NCBI GenBank assembly: GCA_963809185.1
Contig: CAWEIP010000010.1
Coordinates: 165,933 to 229,932, forward strand
Length of the DNA: 64,000 bases
Source: an uncultured Verrucomicrobiae bacterium
Lineage (GTDB): Bacteria > Verrucomicrobiota > Verrucomicrobiia > Chthoniobacterales > Terrimicrobiaceae
Reading direction: 5' to 3'
Numbering within the stretch: the first letter of the stretch is position 1; each line of letters opens with the position of its first letter. Both the position numbers and the translations under genes were made by a program. The notes beneath the pieces were generated by a model. It saw only the letters and a program-made list of their open reading frames with translations. It made no database searches and was not told the origin of the DNA. Positions 42,277-51,700 of this stretch are shown here, piece after piece.

Positions 42277-43230
42277 TTGAGTGCTTCTGACAATCGTGGT
42301 GACATTATAGCGAACCATCCCTTCATAGGTTCCGGTGTCGAACCCGCGCCGCATTTCGCCGGGATTGCCCATGGCATCGGAGTACAGCTCGCCGCCGATC
42401 TTTACACCAGCATCTTCGGCCACACGCTTGATGGCCGCCGGATTTACGCTCGACTCCACAAAGATGGCCTTGACGTTCTGCTTCCTGATAAAATCCACCA
42501 GGCTTGCCATGTCGGCCAGCGCCGCTTCCGACACCGTGGAAACCCCCTGTAGGCCAATGACCTTAAACCCATACGCCCGACCGAAATAATTGTAAGCGTC
42601 GTGACTCGTCACGAGGATCCGTTTGTCTTCAGGCAGCTCCGCGATGGTATCCTTGCACCATTGATGAAGCTTTTCCAAACGCGCAACCAGCGTTACCCCG
42701 TTGTTCTCGTAAATCGTCCTACCGTCCGGGTCCACTTCACTCAACCCCTTCACGATCGTTGGGACGGTTTGCGCCCACATGCTCACATCAAACCAAATGT
42801 GGGGATCGTAATGTCCTTCGAACTCCTTGGGCTCCAACAGCAAGTTCTCCGAAACGCTCTCCGTCGTCGGATAAACCTTCTTCCCGGAGCGAGCTAGCCT
42901 GGCGAACAAATCGGCCATGCGTCCCTCGAGCATCAATCCGCTGTAGAAAATCACGTCGGCCTTGCTCAAACGGCTGGCATCCGTCGAAGTAGGCTTGTAC
43001 AGGTGCGGGTCCACGCCTGGTCCCATCAGCTGCTCCACCTCCACACGTTCGCCGCCAACCTGCCGGACGAGGTCCGCCACCATGCCAATCGTCGTCGTCG
43101 CCTGCAGCTTCCCCTGCGCCTGCACCGTTCCCACCAGAAAAAATGCCGCCAGCACGGCGGCCAGCACCCCGTGGAAATTTTTTTGGTTTCTCAGTCGTTT
43201 TTTCTTCCCCATATGTAGCTTATGATACAT
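42273..43230 (-). CDS. Metal ABC transporter substrate-binding protein (cluster A-I TroA/PsaA/YtgA-like), 3' end frame-shifted near 42288
   Basis: The signal peptide is followed by TTIGMVADLVRQVGGERVEVEQLMGPGVDPHLYKP...HDAYNYFGRAYG...FVESSV. Shifting frame after ...RYNVTTIV yields SEALK-stop, the usual C-terminus of this family. The start may instead be the second ATG at 43212. Confidence 0.85.
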
Positions 43231-43247
43231 TTTGCTGTTATAGCTAC
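43215..43247. promoter_or_regulatory. Candidate DtxR/MntR-family operator (imperfect inverted repeat) in the divergent mntR / ABC-operon control region
   Basis: gtagcttat-N16-atagctac gives 8/9 complementary arms with one gap, in AT-rich context. It lies between or overlapping the two possible SBP start codons and 50 nt from the mntR start. Supported by position and symmetry only. Confidence 0.3.
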
Positions 43248-43297
43248 GCGATGTTCCCTGAGTTTGTCAATGTCACTTTTTTCTGTCAGATAGGCAG

Positions 43298-43801
43298 ATG
43301 TCCATGAAGCGCACGAGTAACCATCCGGCGGAAAGAGCACCGAGCGGTCAGGCATCCGAGTCTCTGAGCGACCGGGAGACCGCGGCGTATCAGCGACGGA
43401 CGCGGCAACAGCACGCCCAGGAGCGGGCGCAAGATTATGTCGAAGCGATTGCGGATCTGATTTCCTTGCATGGGGAGGCTCGGGCGACAGATCTTGCGCG
43501 GTCGCTGGGTGTGACGCATGTGACGGTCATTCGCACGGTGCAGCGGCTGCAGCGGGATGGGCTGGTCACCACGCTTCCCTATCGATCAATTTTCCTGACT
43601 GAGGCGGGACGCAAGCTGGCCTCCAAGGCAAAGACGCGTCACAGAACGGTGGTGGCCTTTCTCGAGGCCCTGGGCATTTCCTCCTCCGCGGCACGCGCGG
43701 ATGCTGAGGGAATCGAACACCATGTCAGCCCCGAGACCCTGGCCGCCTTTGAACGCTTTCTTGCAGAGCGGAAGGATCGCAAGTCGGAGCTGAAGACGTA
43801 G
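43298..43801 (+). CDS. DtxR/MntR-family metal-dependent transcriptional regulator
   Basis: 167 aa. Shows QDYVEAIADLISLHGEARATDLARSLGVTHVTVIRTVQRLQRDGLV...IFLTEAGRKLA...RHRTVVAFLEALGI...DAEGIEHHVS. Confidence 0.85.
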   Translation: MSMKRTSNHPAERAPSGQASESLSDRETAAYQRRTRQQHAQERAQDYVEAIADLISLHGEARATDLARSLGVTHVTVIRTVQRLQRDGLVTTLPYRSIFLTEAGRKLASKAKTRHRTVVAFLEALGISSSAARADAEGIEHHVSPETLAAFERFLAERKDRKSELKT

Positions 43802-43888
43802 CCGGCCGTCCAGACGCCTGCCCGCTGCCGAGAAGCACTCACGACCGTGGGGCGACACACACCGAGCAGCGATACTCTCCAAGACCCC

Positions 43889-44483
43889 CTAGGCAGCTCG
43901 GAGCCACCGTTCGAGCTTCTTGCGAAGGAGAGCACGAGCTCGATAGAGTCGCGTCTCGACGGCCTTTGCCGAGCACCCCTGGATCTTCGCGATTTGATCA
44001 TACGACAGGTCTTCGTATTCGAAAAGGATCAGCGCTTCGCGAAGATCGGAGGGAAGTCCCCGCAATGGCATCGCGGACGGCCTCGGCTCTCTCGTCTCGT
44101 TTCCAGCCGGGTGCGGGGATCCGGATCCGAGCCCGGAAGGGTTTCCGAGATGGCGTGTGGAGCGCTGCCGACTGGCGCATCGATGCGAGATGGCGGGATG
44201 CCGGAGTTTCCAGCGGATATGGTGCCGGGCGAGGTTGGAAGCGATCGCAAAGAGCCAGGTTGAGAACGTCGCCCGTCGGACGGTAGCGGGCGCGGTTTTG
44301 ATAGACCCGAACGAACGCCTCCTGCGCGAGGTCGATGGCGATCGCCTCGTTTCCGGTCAGCCTGATCAGGAAACTGGTCAATCGCCTCTGCCATCGGTCC
44401 ATGATTTCGTTCAAGGCAAGGTCGTCGCCTTCCCGCAGCCGGAACATTGAGACAATATCGGGATCTTCGTGAGGGGGCGACAT
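43889..44483 (-). CDS. ECF-type RNA polymerase sigma-70 family factor, about 4 frame breaks
   Basis: Region 2 reads LALNEIMDRWQRRLTSFLIRLTGNEAIAIDLAQEAFVRVYQNRARYRPTG then, after a frame switch, TFSTWLFAIASNLARHHIRW. Region 4 in ORF 43889..44071 reads LPSDLREALILFEYEDLSYDQIAKIQGCSAKAVETRLYRARALLRKKL. Confidence 0.75.
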
Positions 44484-44547
44484 CAAACCCCCTGATATTT
44501 CGGTCGAGTAGGAATGGTATGCATTCGGCGCCAGCGCCCGACAGGCT

Positions 44548-44996
44548 ACTAGCGCAAATGCGATTGCGCCATCTCTCCGGGACGCAGCACCGAGGGCAGG
44601 ACGAGCGCGAGGTAGTCGGCCCGTTTCTCCGCGGGAAGCTCGGCGGCGATGCGATAAAAGTGTTCGAGCATCTTCGTTCGGCACTCGGAGCGAAGCCGGT
44701 CGGTCTCGAGTGATGGCTGCCTGAATTTCCGGCGTCACTGTCTGGTTGGCGCCAAATCAAGGCGGCGAGTCGTTCGTCGGTTTCGGCGATGCGGGCACAC
44801 ATTCGAGCGCAGTCGGTCTCATATTCCGCGTGGATGCGGGCCAGCGGTCTTGGCCTGTCGATCGTCGAGCGAGAACTCTGGTGCGCAACCAGCTCATCGG
44901 TGTGGAATGTTCGCGCGCCCAAGCGAAAACACGCCGATCGCGGCTGACCAATCCCGAGACCACCAGGGCCAGGAGGATGATGAGCCCTCTTCTCAT
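44548..44996 (-). CDS. Secreted or anchored roughly 150-aa helical protein, putative periplasmic (CnrX/Spy-CpxP-like) sensor; at least 3 frame breaks
   Basis: The ATG at 44996 overlaps the upstream stop (ATGA). Reassembled sequence: MRRGLIILLALVVSGLV... | FHTDELVAHQ...RPLARIHAEYETDCARMCARIAETDERLAALIWRQ | TPEIQAAI | LETDRLRSECRTKMLEHFYRIAAELPAEKRADYLALVLPSVLRPGEMAQSHLR-stop. Function inferred from size, topology and position. Confidence 0.4.
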
Positions 44997-45280
44997 TTCA
45001 GGACGACTTGGGCATAGGGATTGACGGAATGAAGATACGCGGCTTGTCCATTTAACCGGCGGCAATTGCGGAGCCGAGGACCGCCCCGCCGAGCAGCGCA
45101 AGGAGCTGCCGCAAAGGACGATATCTTGGGCCGCGTCAGCCATGCGCAGAAAGCGCGTCGACCCAACTCTCCGCGCGTTCCGCGCTGCTCGATGCGGCTC
45201 CAAACCTCGCGCCGAAAGCGACCGGCTCCGGGCACTTCAGGGTGCCAACGCCTGATAAGGCTCTCCAGATCGTCTTTCAT
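44993..45280 (-). CDS. Small single-pass membrane protein, putative anti-sigma factor; two compensating frame breaks
   Basis: MKDDLESLIRRWHPEVPGAGRFRREVWSRIEQR... . The expected TM helix QLLALLGGAVLGSAIAAG is readable only in an alternative frame between about 45075 and 45130. The original frame then resumes as LNGQAAYLHSVNPYAQVVLK. Confidence 0.4.
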   Translation of the reverse strand: MKDDLESLIRRWHPEVPGAGRFRREVWSRIEQRGTRGELGRRAFCAWLTRPKISSFAAAPCAARRGGPRLRNCRRLNGQAAYLHSVNPYAQVVLK

Positions 45281-45433
45281 GAGTTGTTGCTTCGATATAT
45301 TTAATCCCTGCGACCGCGAAAACCCTCGGCCCAATTTTTCCGGCCTGCAAGTTACGGGAAAAAAACCATCGCGTTGGTTGCGGATATCGCGGAGCCCGGC
45401 TAAGTTTGGCACAAGCCGACCCACCAACATACC

Positions 45434-45874
45434 ATGAAACCCCGCGTGCTCATTGTTGACGGACATAGCATGATCTTTCAGTGGCCTGATCTGACGCTCC
45501 AACATGCCAAACGCACCGCGGTGGCGCGCGAATCACTCGTGAGAATGCTGACCGGGCTTCAGGACAACACGGACTGGCACGTCACGGTGGTTTTCGATGG
45601 CGCCGGGACAAAGCCGTCAGAGGCCACGAGCGGACCTCGCGGGATTCAGGTGTTTTATTCGACGGCGGACCAGAGCGCGGACAGCGTCATCGAACGTTTG
45701 GCGGCCAAATACGCCGAGCGCTATGAAGTTACCGTCGCCACCGACGACTTGATGGAGCGCACGACGGTCGCAAGTTTTGGCGCCAACTCGATGTCCGCGT
45801 GGCAGCTTCGGGAGGAGATCGAAGCGGCGGGGCGCGACCTCGACGCGCGTCTCAAGCAGATGCGCCAGCATTAA
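45434..45874 (+). CDS. NYN-domain (YacP/Rae1-like) predicted RNA-binding/ribonuclease protein
   Basis: 146 aa. Shows VLIVDGHSMIF...VTVVFDGAG...VFYSTADQSADSVIERL...VTVATDD..ERT. Confidence 0.7.
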   Translation: MKPRVLIVDGHSMIFQWPDLTLQHAKRTAVARESLVRMLTGLQDNTDWHVTVVFDGAGTKPSEATSGPRGIQVFYSTADQSADSVIERLAAKYAERYEVTVATDDLMERTTVASFGANSMSAWQLREEIEAAGRDLDARLKQMRQH

Positions 45875-46319
45875 GCGCGCGCTGACGATTCAACCAGACC
45901 GTGGCCGCGCTCTTCATGCGTGTGAGGATATAGTAAACGGTCTGACTCCGCTGCCGGACGAGATCCGCCCCCACGATTTTCGGGACAAAATCGGCGGGCA
46001 CATTGAGCAGTTCCTGAGGTGTGGTGCCTTCCATCCCCTTACAAAGAATGGAGGTCATTGCCTTGGTAAGGGTCTGAACTTGGGGGCCTAGGCTAATCCG
46101 GAAGTGCGAAGCGCTATCGGAATCGACCTTGAGAAAAATTCCGACGGTGTCCGTGCACTCCTCATCCTTCCTAATATCCTCAAGATCAAACGTTTCTCCA
46201 GGTCTAGGGGTCTGATTGGCCGCGCTGTCGGCGTAGACAATCAACATGTCTCGCTTTTCAGCATCGGGTAGCGATTCAAAAAGCGAGATGATTTCGGAAA
46301 GCTTCGGCGGATAGGACAT
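45852..46319 (-). CDS. SufE-like (Fe-S metabolism associated / sulfur acceptor) domain protein
   Basis: Shows KLSEIISLFESLPDAEKRDMLIVYAD...DEECTDTVGIFLKVD...VQTLTKAMTSILCKGMEGTTPQELL. It lies directly downstream of a rhodanese on the same strand. The candidate acceptor Cys is in ECTDTV. Family call is moderate. Confidence 0.6.
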   Translation of the reverse strand: MSYPPKLSEIISLFESLPDAEKRDMLIVYADSAANQTPRPGETFDLEDIRKDEECTDTVGIFLKVDSDSASHFRISLGPQVQTLTKAMTSILCKGMEGTTPQELLNVPADFVPKIVGADLVRQRSQTVYYILTRMKSAATVWLNRQRALNAGASA

Positions 46320-46380
46320 GGCGCGCAACCCTTACGCTCCTAAGATGGCAGGCGACTAGCGCGCATGCAAATGACTCTTC

Positions 46381-47237
46381 CTAGCCCTTCTCGATAGGCG
46401 CGCGCACGCGATTTCCCCATTCGGTCCATGACCCATCATAGTTGCGAACGTTCTTGTGCCCGAGAAGGTAGGTCAAAACGAACCATGTATGGCTGGAACG
46501 CTCGCCAATCCGGCAATAGACGATGGTCTCGCCATCGGGCCTGAGCCCAGCCTCGCCTTCATAGATCGCCTTAAGCTGCTCGGCTGACTTGAATGTGGCG
46601 TCGTCATTGGCCGCGCGTTTCCAGGGAAAGCTCTTCGCGCCCGGGACATGCCCGCCACGCAGAACGCCCTCTTGCGGATACTCGGGCATGTGAGTCACCT
46701 CTCCTTTGAATTCGCCAGGCGACCGAACGTCGATGAGCGGCTTCTTATTCTGGCTCTGCTTGAGGGTCTGGTCAAAAAAGGCCCGAATCTCGTCATCGTA
46801 GCGCTTCGCCGGAACAGGATATTCGGTGCGCGGATAGCTGGGAACTTCGCGAGTCAGCGGGCGATTTTCCGCGATCCACTTGTCGCGGCCGCCGTCCATG
46901 ACTTTGACGTTCTCATGCCCGAAAAGCCGAAAGGCCCAAAGCGCATAGCATGACCACCAGTTCGACTTGTCTCCATAGAAAATCACCGTCGTATTCCTGG
47001 TGATGCCGTTCCTCGCGCAGAGCTCGGCAAAGGCTTCCGGGCGAAATGTAGTCGCGCATGGTTTGATCCTGCAGATCGGCTCTCCAATCGATGTGGACGG
47101 CTCCCGGGGATGTGACCCGTCCCGTAAAGCAAGATATCTTCGTTGCTTTCGACGAGCCTGGTATTGGGTTCGTTCAAGTGCGAGGCCACCCACTCGGTGG
47201 TGACAAGTGCCTCAGGATGTGCGTAAGTTTGGATCAA
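46381..47237 (-). CDS. Thiosulfate/3-mercaptopyruvate sulfurtransferase (tandem rhodanese), two frame breaks at homopolymers (47103-47105, 47039-47041)
   Basis: Corrected reading: ...[10 protein letters not shown]|[20 protein letters not shown]|[13 protein letters not shown]...[11 protein letters not shown]. The C-terminal active-site loop is [14 protein letters not shown]. Confidence 0.8.
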
Positions 47238-47335
47238 TCATGGGGAATTACTCCTAGCTTCGAATCTACTATTGCGCCTATCGGGAATGCCAGCGCCGGC
47301 CTGCTAAATAATGGCAGCGGCGCCTTGCCGGACAT

Positions 47336-47937
47336 TCAACCTCCCAAGTCCTCGCCCACCATGTAGCGGGTGAAGCGGCGGATAACGATATTCTCGCCGA
47401 GTTCGGCGATCTTGGAGTTGACGAAATCCTTGATCGTGAGATCGGGATTCTTGATGAAGGCCTGCTCGAGAAGGCAGACGGTGCTGAAGAACTTGTCCAT
47501 CTTGCCATCAACGATCCGGTCCACGATGTTGGCGGGTTTCCGGTCACCTGTGCGGCGTAAATTTCACGTTCCGCCTGGATGAGCGTGTCCGGAACCTGTT
47601 CCCGCGAAACATACAGTGGATGGGAAGCGGCAATGTGAAGCGTAATGTCTTTGACGAACTCGCGAAAGACATCGTTCTTGGCAACGAAATCGGTTTCGCA
47701 GTTGATTTCAACGAGGACGCCGACCTTGCCTTGCAGGTGGATGTAGGAGGCGACAATGCCTTCCTTGGCCACGCGCGAGGCCTTCTTGCTCGCGCTGGCA
47801 ATGCCTTTTTTGCGCAGAAGCTCCTCGGCCTTGACCATATCGCCGCTCGTCTCATCGAGCGCTCGCTTGCAATCCATCATCCCCGCGTTGGTCTTTTCGC
47901 GAAGTTCTTTGACGAGAGTTGGAGAAATGTCGGGCAT
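47336..47937 (-). CDS. tsf: Elongation factor Ts (short form, about 200 aa), one frame break at the T3 run 47537-47539
   Basis: [45 protein letters not shown]...[18 protein letters not shown]...AAQVTG|[30 protein letters not shown]. Confidence 0.9.
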
Positions 47938-47987
47938 AGCTTGTTGCAAAAAAGATCTGAAGAAAACGCGATTCCGGGCTCCGGAAT

Positions 47988-48726
47988 CTATTCGGCGACG
48001 GCCGCCAGCTCGCTGACCGTCTCGGTCTTTCCGCGAACGCCCTGTCCTTCGACGATCGCATCAACGAGTTTCTGGAGGATCACACGGATGGAACGGATGG
48101 CGTCGTCGTTGCCGGCGATCGGGTAATCGATCTTTTCCGGGTCGCAATTTGTGTCGACGATGGCGACGACCGGGATTTTCAATCGGGCGGCTTCTGCGAC
48201 CGCGATCTCCTCACGGTTCGTGTCGATGACGACGAGGGCATCGGGCAGCTGATTCATGTTCAGCAGGCCTTCGAGATTGCGGCGTAGCTTGGCCGCTTCG
48301 CGCCGCAAGCGCGGAGGTCTCCTGCTTGTTCATGCGAGCGAAGGCTGGGGTCTTTTCGAGCTCCTCGAACTCGCGCAAGCGCGCCACGCTGCGCCGGATG
48401 GTCTGGAGGTTTGTGAGGGTGCCCCCGAGCCACCGCTGGTTGACGAAGAATTGCCCGGTGACTTCCGCGGCCTCCCTGACCGCCTCCTGCGCCTGCTTCT
48501 TCGTTCCGACGAAGAGAATCTTGCCGCCCCCCTTGACGACCTCGCCGAGATAGGTCGCCGCCTTGGCGAGCTGGTCAACGGTGATGGAGAGATCGATGAT
48601 GTAGATCGAGTTCTTCTCTTCGAGAATGAAATCCCTCATCTTGGGATTCCAGCGCTTTGTCTGATGGCCGTAATGCACCCCGGCTTCAAGGAGTTCAGTC
48701 ATAATTTCAAGATTTGGCGAGGACAT
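47988..48726 (-). CDS. rpsB: 30S ribosomal protein S2, one frame break near 48305
   Basis: [21 protein letters not shown]...N.IYIIDL...[11 protein letters not shown]...[13 protein letters not shown] | [14 protein letters not shown]...[36 protein letters not shown]. The start lies 2 nt after the rpoC stop. Confidence 0.9.
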
Positions 48727-48728
48727 GG

Positions 48729-51700
48729 CTAGCTTGCAGCTTTGTGCGGTTCGGGTTCAGTCTGCAAGGAATCCCCGATGTGAACGATCTCGATTTCGCG
48801 ATTTTTCTTGAAACCGGTGCCCGCCGGAATCAGGTGGCCCATGATGACGTTTTCCTTGAATCCCCGCAGCCGGTCCACCTTGCCCAGACGTCGCGGCTTC
48901 GGTAAGAACGCGCGTGGTATCCTGAAAGGACGCGGCGGATATAAAGCTGTCGGTTTCCAGCGAGGCCTTGGTGATGCCCAACAGGACGGGACTGGCGTCG
49001 GCGGGCTTGCCACCCTTCTCGATGACCCGCTCGTTTTCGGCCGCGAATTCCAGACGGTCCACCTGGTCTCCCCAAAGAAGACTGGTGTCGCCCGGGTCGG
49101 TAATTTTCACCTTTCGCAACATCTGGCGCACGATGATCTCGATATGCTTGTCGTTGATTTCGACGCCCTGCAAGCGATAGACTTCCTGGACCTCATTGAG
49201 CAGGTGCTCCTGCAGTTCCTGGGGTCCGCAAACATCAAGCACCTCGTGTGGAACGACCGGCCCTTCCGTGAGTTGCTGGCCTTTCTTCACAAAGTCGCCC
49301 TTGAAGACGATGATATGCTTTGAAAGCGGGATCAGGTGCTCCTCCTCGGCGCCAGTGTCCGGGTCCGTGACGATCAGGCGACGCTTGCCGCGCACAGTGC
49401 CACCAATATCCACAACCCCATCGATCTTGGCGATCTCGGCGGCATCCTTCGGGCGGCGAGCCTCGAACAGCTCGGCCACGCGCGGAAGGCCACCCGTGAT
49501 GTCCTTCGTCTTGGCGATCTTGCGCGGTGTCCTCGCCAGGCGTGTGCCGGCGGGGACTTTCTGCGCCTCCTTGACCTCGATGTGAGCGCCGGCAGGAATC
49601 GAGTAGCTGGCAAAGACCTCCCTCTTCTCGCCGACAATGACGATCTGAGGATGAAGATCTTCCTTGTGCTCGATGACCACGGTTCCCATGACCCCGGTTG
49701 CTTCATCGACTTCCTTTCGGATGGTCACGCCCTGGATCATGTCCCGAAACTCGATTCGTCCCGCCTTTTCGGTGATGATGGGCACATTGTAGGGATCCCA
49801 TTGGATGAATGTTTCGCCCTTCTTGACGATGCGCCCGTCTGCGATGGAGATCACCGAGCCGATCACGATATTGTAGCTTTCGAGCTCGCGCCCGTCCTTG
49901 GCATGCACACTCACGGTGCCGTTTTTGTTGAGCACAACAAAGTTGTTTTCGGTGCTTTCGACGACCTTGAGATCGTTAAAGCGCACGATTCCTTCGTTTT
50001 TTGCCTTGATGATCGGCTGCTTGAAGGTCTGGCTCGCCGTGCCGCCCACATGGAACGTCCGCATGGTGAGCTGTGTTCCCGGCTCGCCAATCGACTGGGC
50101 GGCAATGATTCCCACTGCCTCCCCCAGCTTGACGGAGAGTCCCGTGGCCAAGTTGCGCCCGTAGCATTTAGCGCAAATGCCTCGCTTGGACTCGCAGGTC
50201 AGCGCAGAGCGGATCTTGAGCTGTTCGAGGCCGATCTTCTCGAGCGCCGCCGCGGTCTCCTCATCGACGATCTGGCCGGATGTGACCACGGCTTTGCCGG
50301 TGACGGGGTCCTTGACGGTCTCACAGCTCGTGCGTCCGATGATGCGCGTGGAGAGGCTCACGACCTCCTCGTCACCCTCATAGATCGGGCGGACAACGAT
50401 CCCGTTGATCGTTCCGCAGTCTTCCTCGGTAATGATGACATCCTGCGACGCGTCGACGAGCTTGCGGGTCAGATAGCCGGAGTCGGCTGTCTTCAGCGCC
50501 GTGTCGGCCAAGCCTTTACGGGCTCCGTGGGTGGAGATGAAATACTCGAGCACGGAAAGCCCTTCGCGGAAGTTCGAGATGATCGGACGCTCGATGATTT
50601 CGCCAGAGGGCTTGGCCATGAGGCCGCGCATTCCCGCGAGTTGTTTCACCTGCGTGCGGTTGCCGCGCGCGCCGGAATCCACCATCATGAAGACGGGGTT
50701 CATGTCCTTGCGGCCATCATTATACTCAAGCGTCCGGAAAAGCGCGTTGGCGAGCTCCTCGCCGGTGTGGGTCCAAATATCCTGCACTTTGTTCTTGCGC
50801 TCGCCGTCGGTGATGATGCCACGGCGATATTGCTTCTCGACCTCGGCGATTTCCCGGTACGCCTTTTCGAGCTGCGTGGACTTCTCCCGCGGAATGATCA
50901 TGTCGGTGATTCCAATCGAGATGCCCGCCTTGGTCGCTGAGCGGAAGCCCATTTCCTTGAGACGATCGAGAGTGTCGACAGTGCGCTGTTGGCCGACCGC
51001 CTTATAGCAGCGCCAGATGATGTCGGAGAGCTGCTTCTTGCCGCAGACCTTGTTGTAGAAGCCGAGCTCATCAGGCCAGATCTGATTGAAGATCACCCTT
51101 CCTGCAGTCGTTTCGAGAATCTTGGCTTCCTTGCTTCCGTAGATGGTGTTCGCGCCGTAATCGGGGTTCTTGAAGCGAATCCGGCTGTGCGTGCCAATGG
51201 CCGCCTCGGAGATGGCGAGCTCCACTTCGGAGGCATCCGCGAAAAGCGGCAGGCGCTGCTCGTTCTTTTCGCCGCGGGGATTCTGGGTGAGATAATAGCA
51301 ACCCAGCGGAATGTCCTGCGAAGGCGTGGTGATCGGCTTCCCGCTGGAGGGCGAAAAGATGTTGTTGGGCGCCAGCATCAGCATGCGCGCCTCCATCTGC
51401 GCTTCGACCGAGAGCGGGACATGGACGGCCATCTGGTCGCCATCAAAATCCGCGTTGTAGGCCGTGCAGACCAACGGATGAATACGAATGGCCTCGCCCT
51501 CGATCAATTGCGGCTCGAAGGCCTGGATCGAAAGACGGTGCAACGTCGGAGCGCGATTCAACAGAACCGCATGGCCCTTGGTCACTTCATCGAGAATGTC
51601 CCAGACCTCAGGCGTCTGGCGCTCAATCAGCTTCTTTGCGCTGCGCACGGTGTGAACGTGACCCTGTTCCTTAAGGCGCCGAATGATAAATGGCTCAAAC

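Noticed and set aside
41434-43230. A single 598-aa ORF that appears to fuse a periplasmic metal-binding SBP to a cytoplasmic ABC ATPase
   Set aside because: The fusion is topologically implausible, with no TM segment between an exported domain and a cytoplasmic ATPase. Also, a 1-nt frame change near 42288 turns ...RYNVTTIV-RSTQVNREK... into ...RYNVTTIV-SEALK-stop. That is the normal C-terminus of this SBP family, with the stop overlapping a GTG start for the ATPase (GTGA at 42273-42276). Given the many other indels in the window, this is a read-through artefact.
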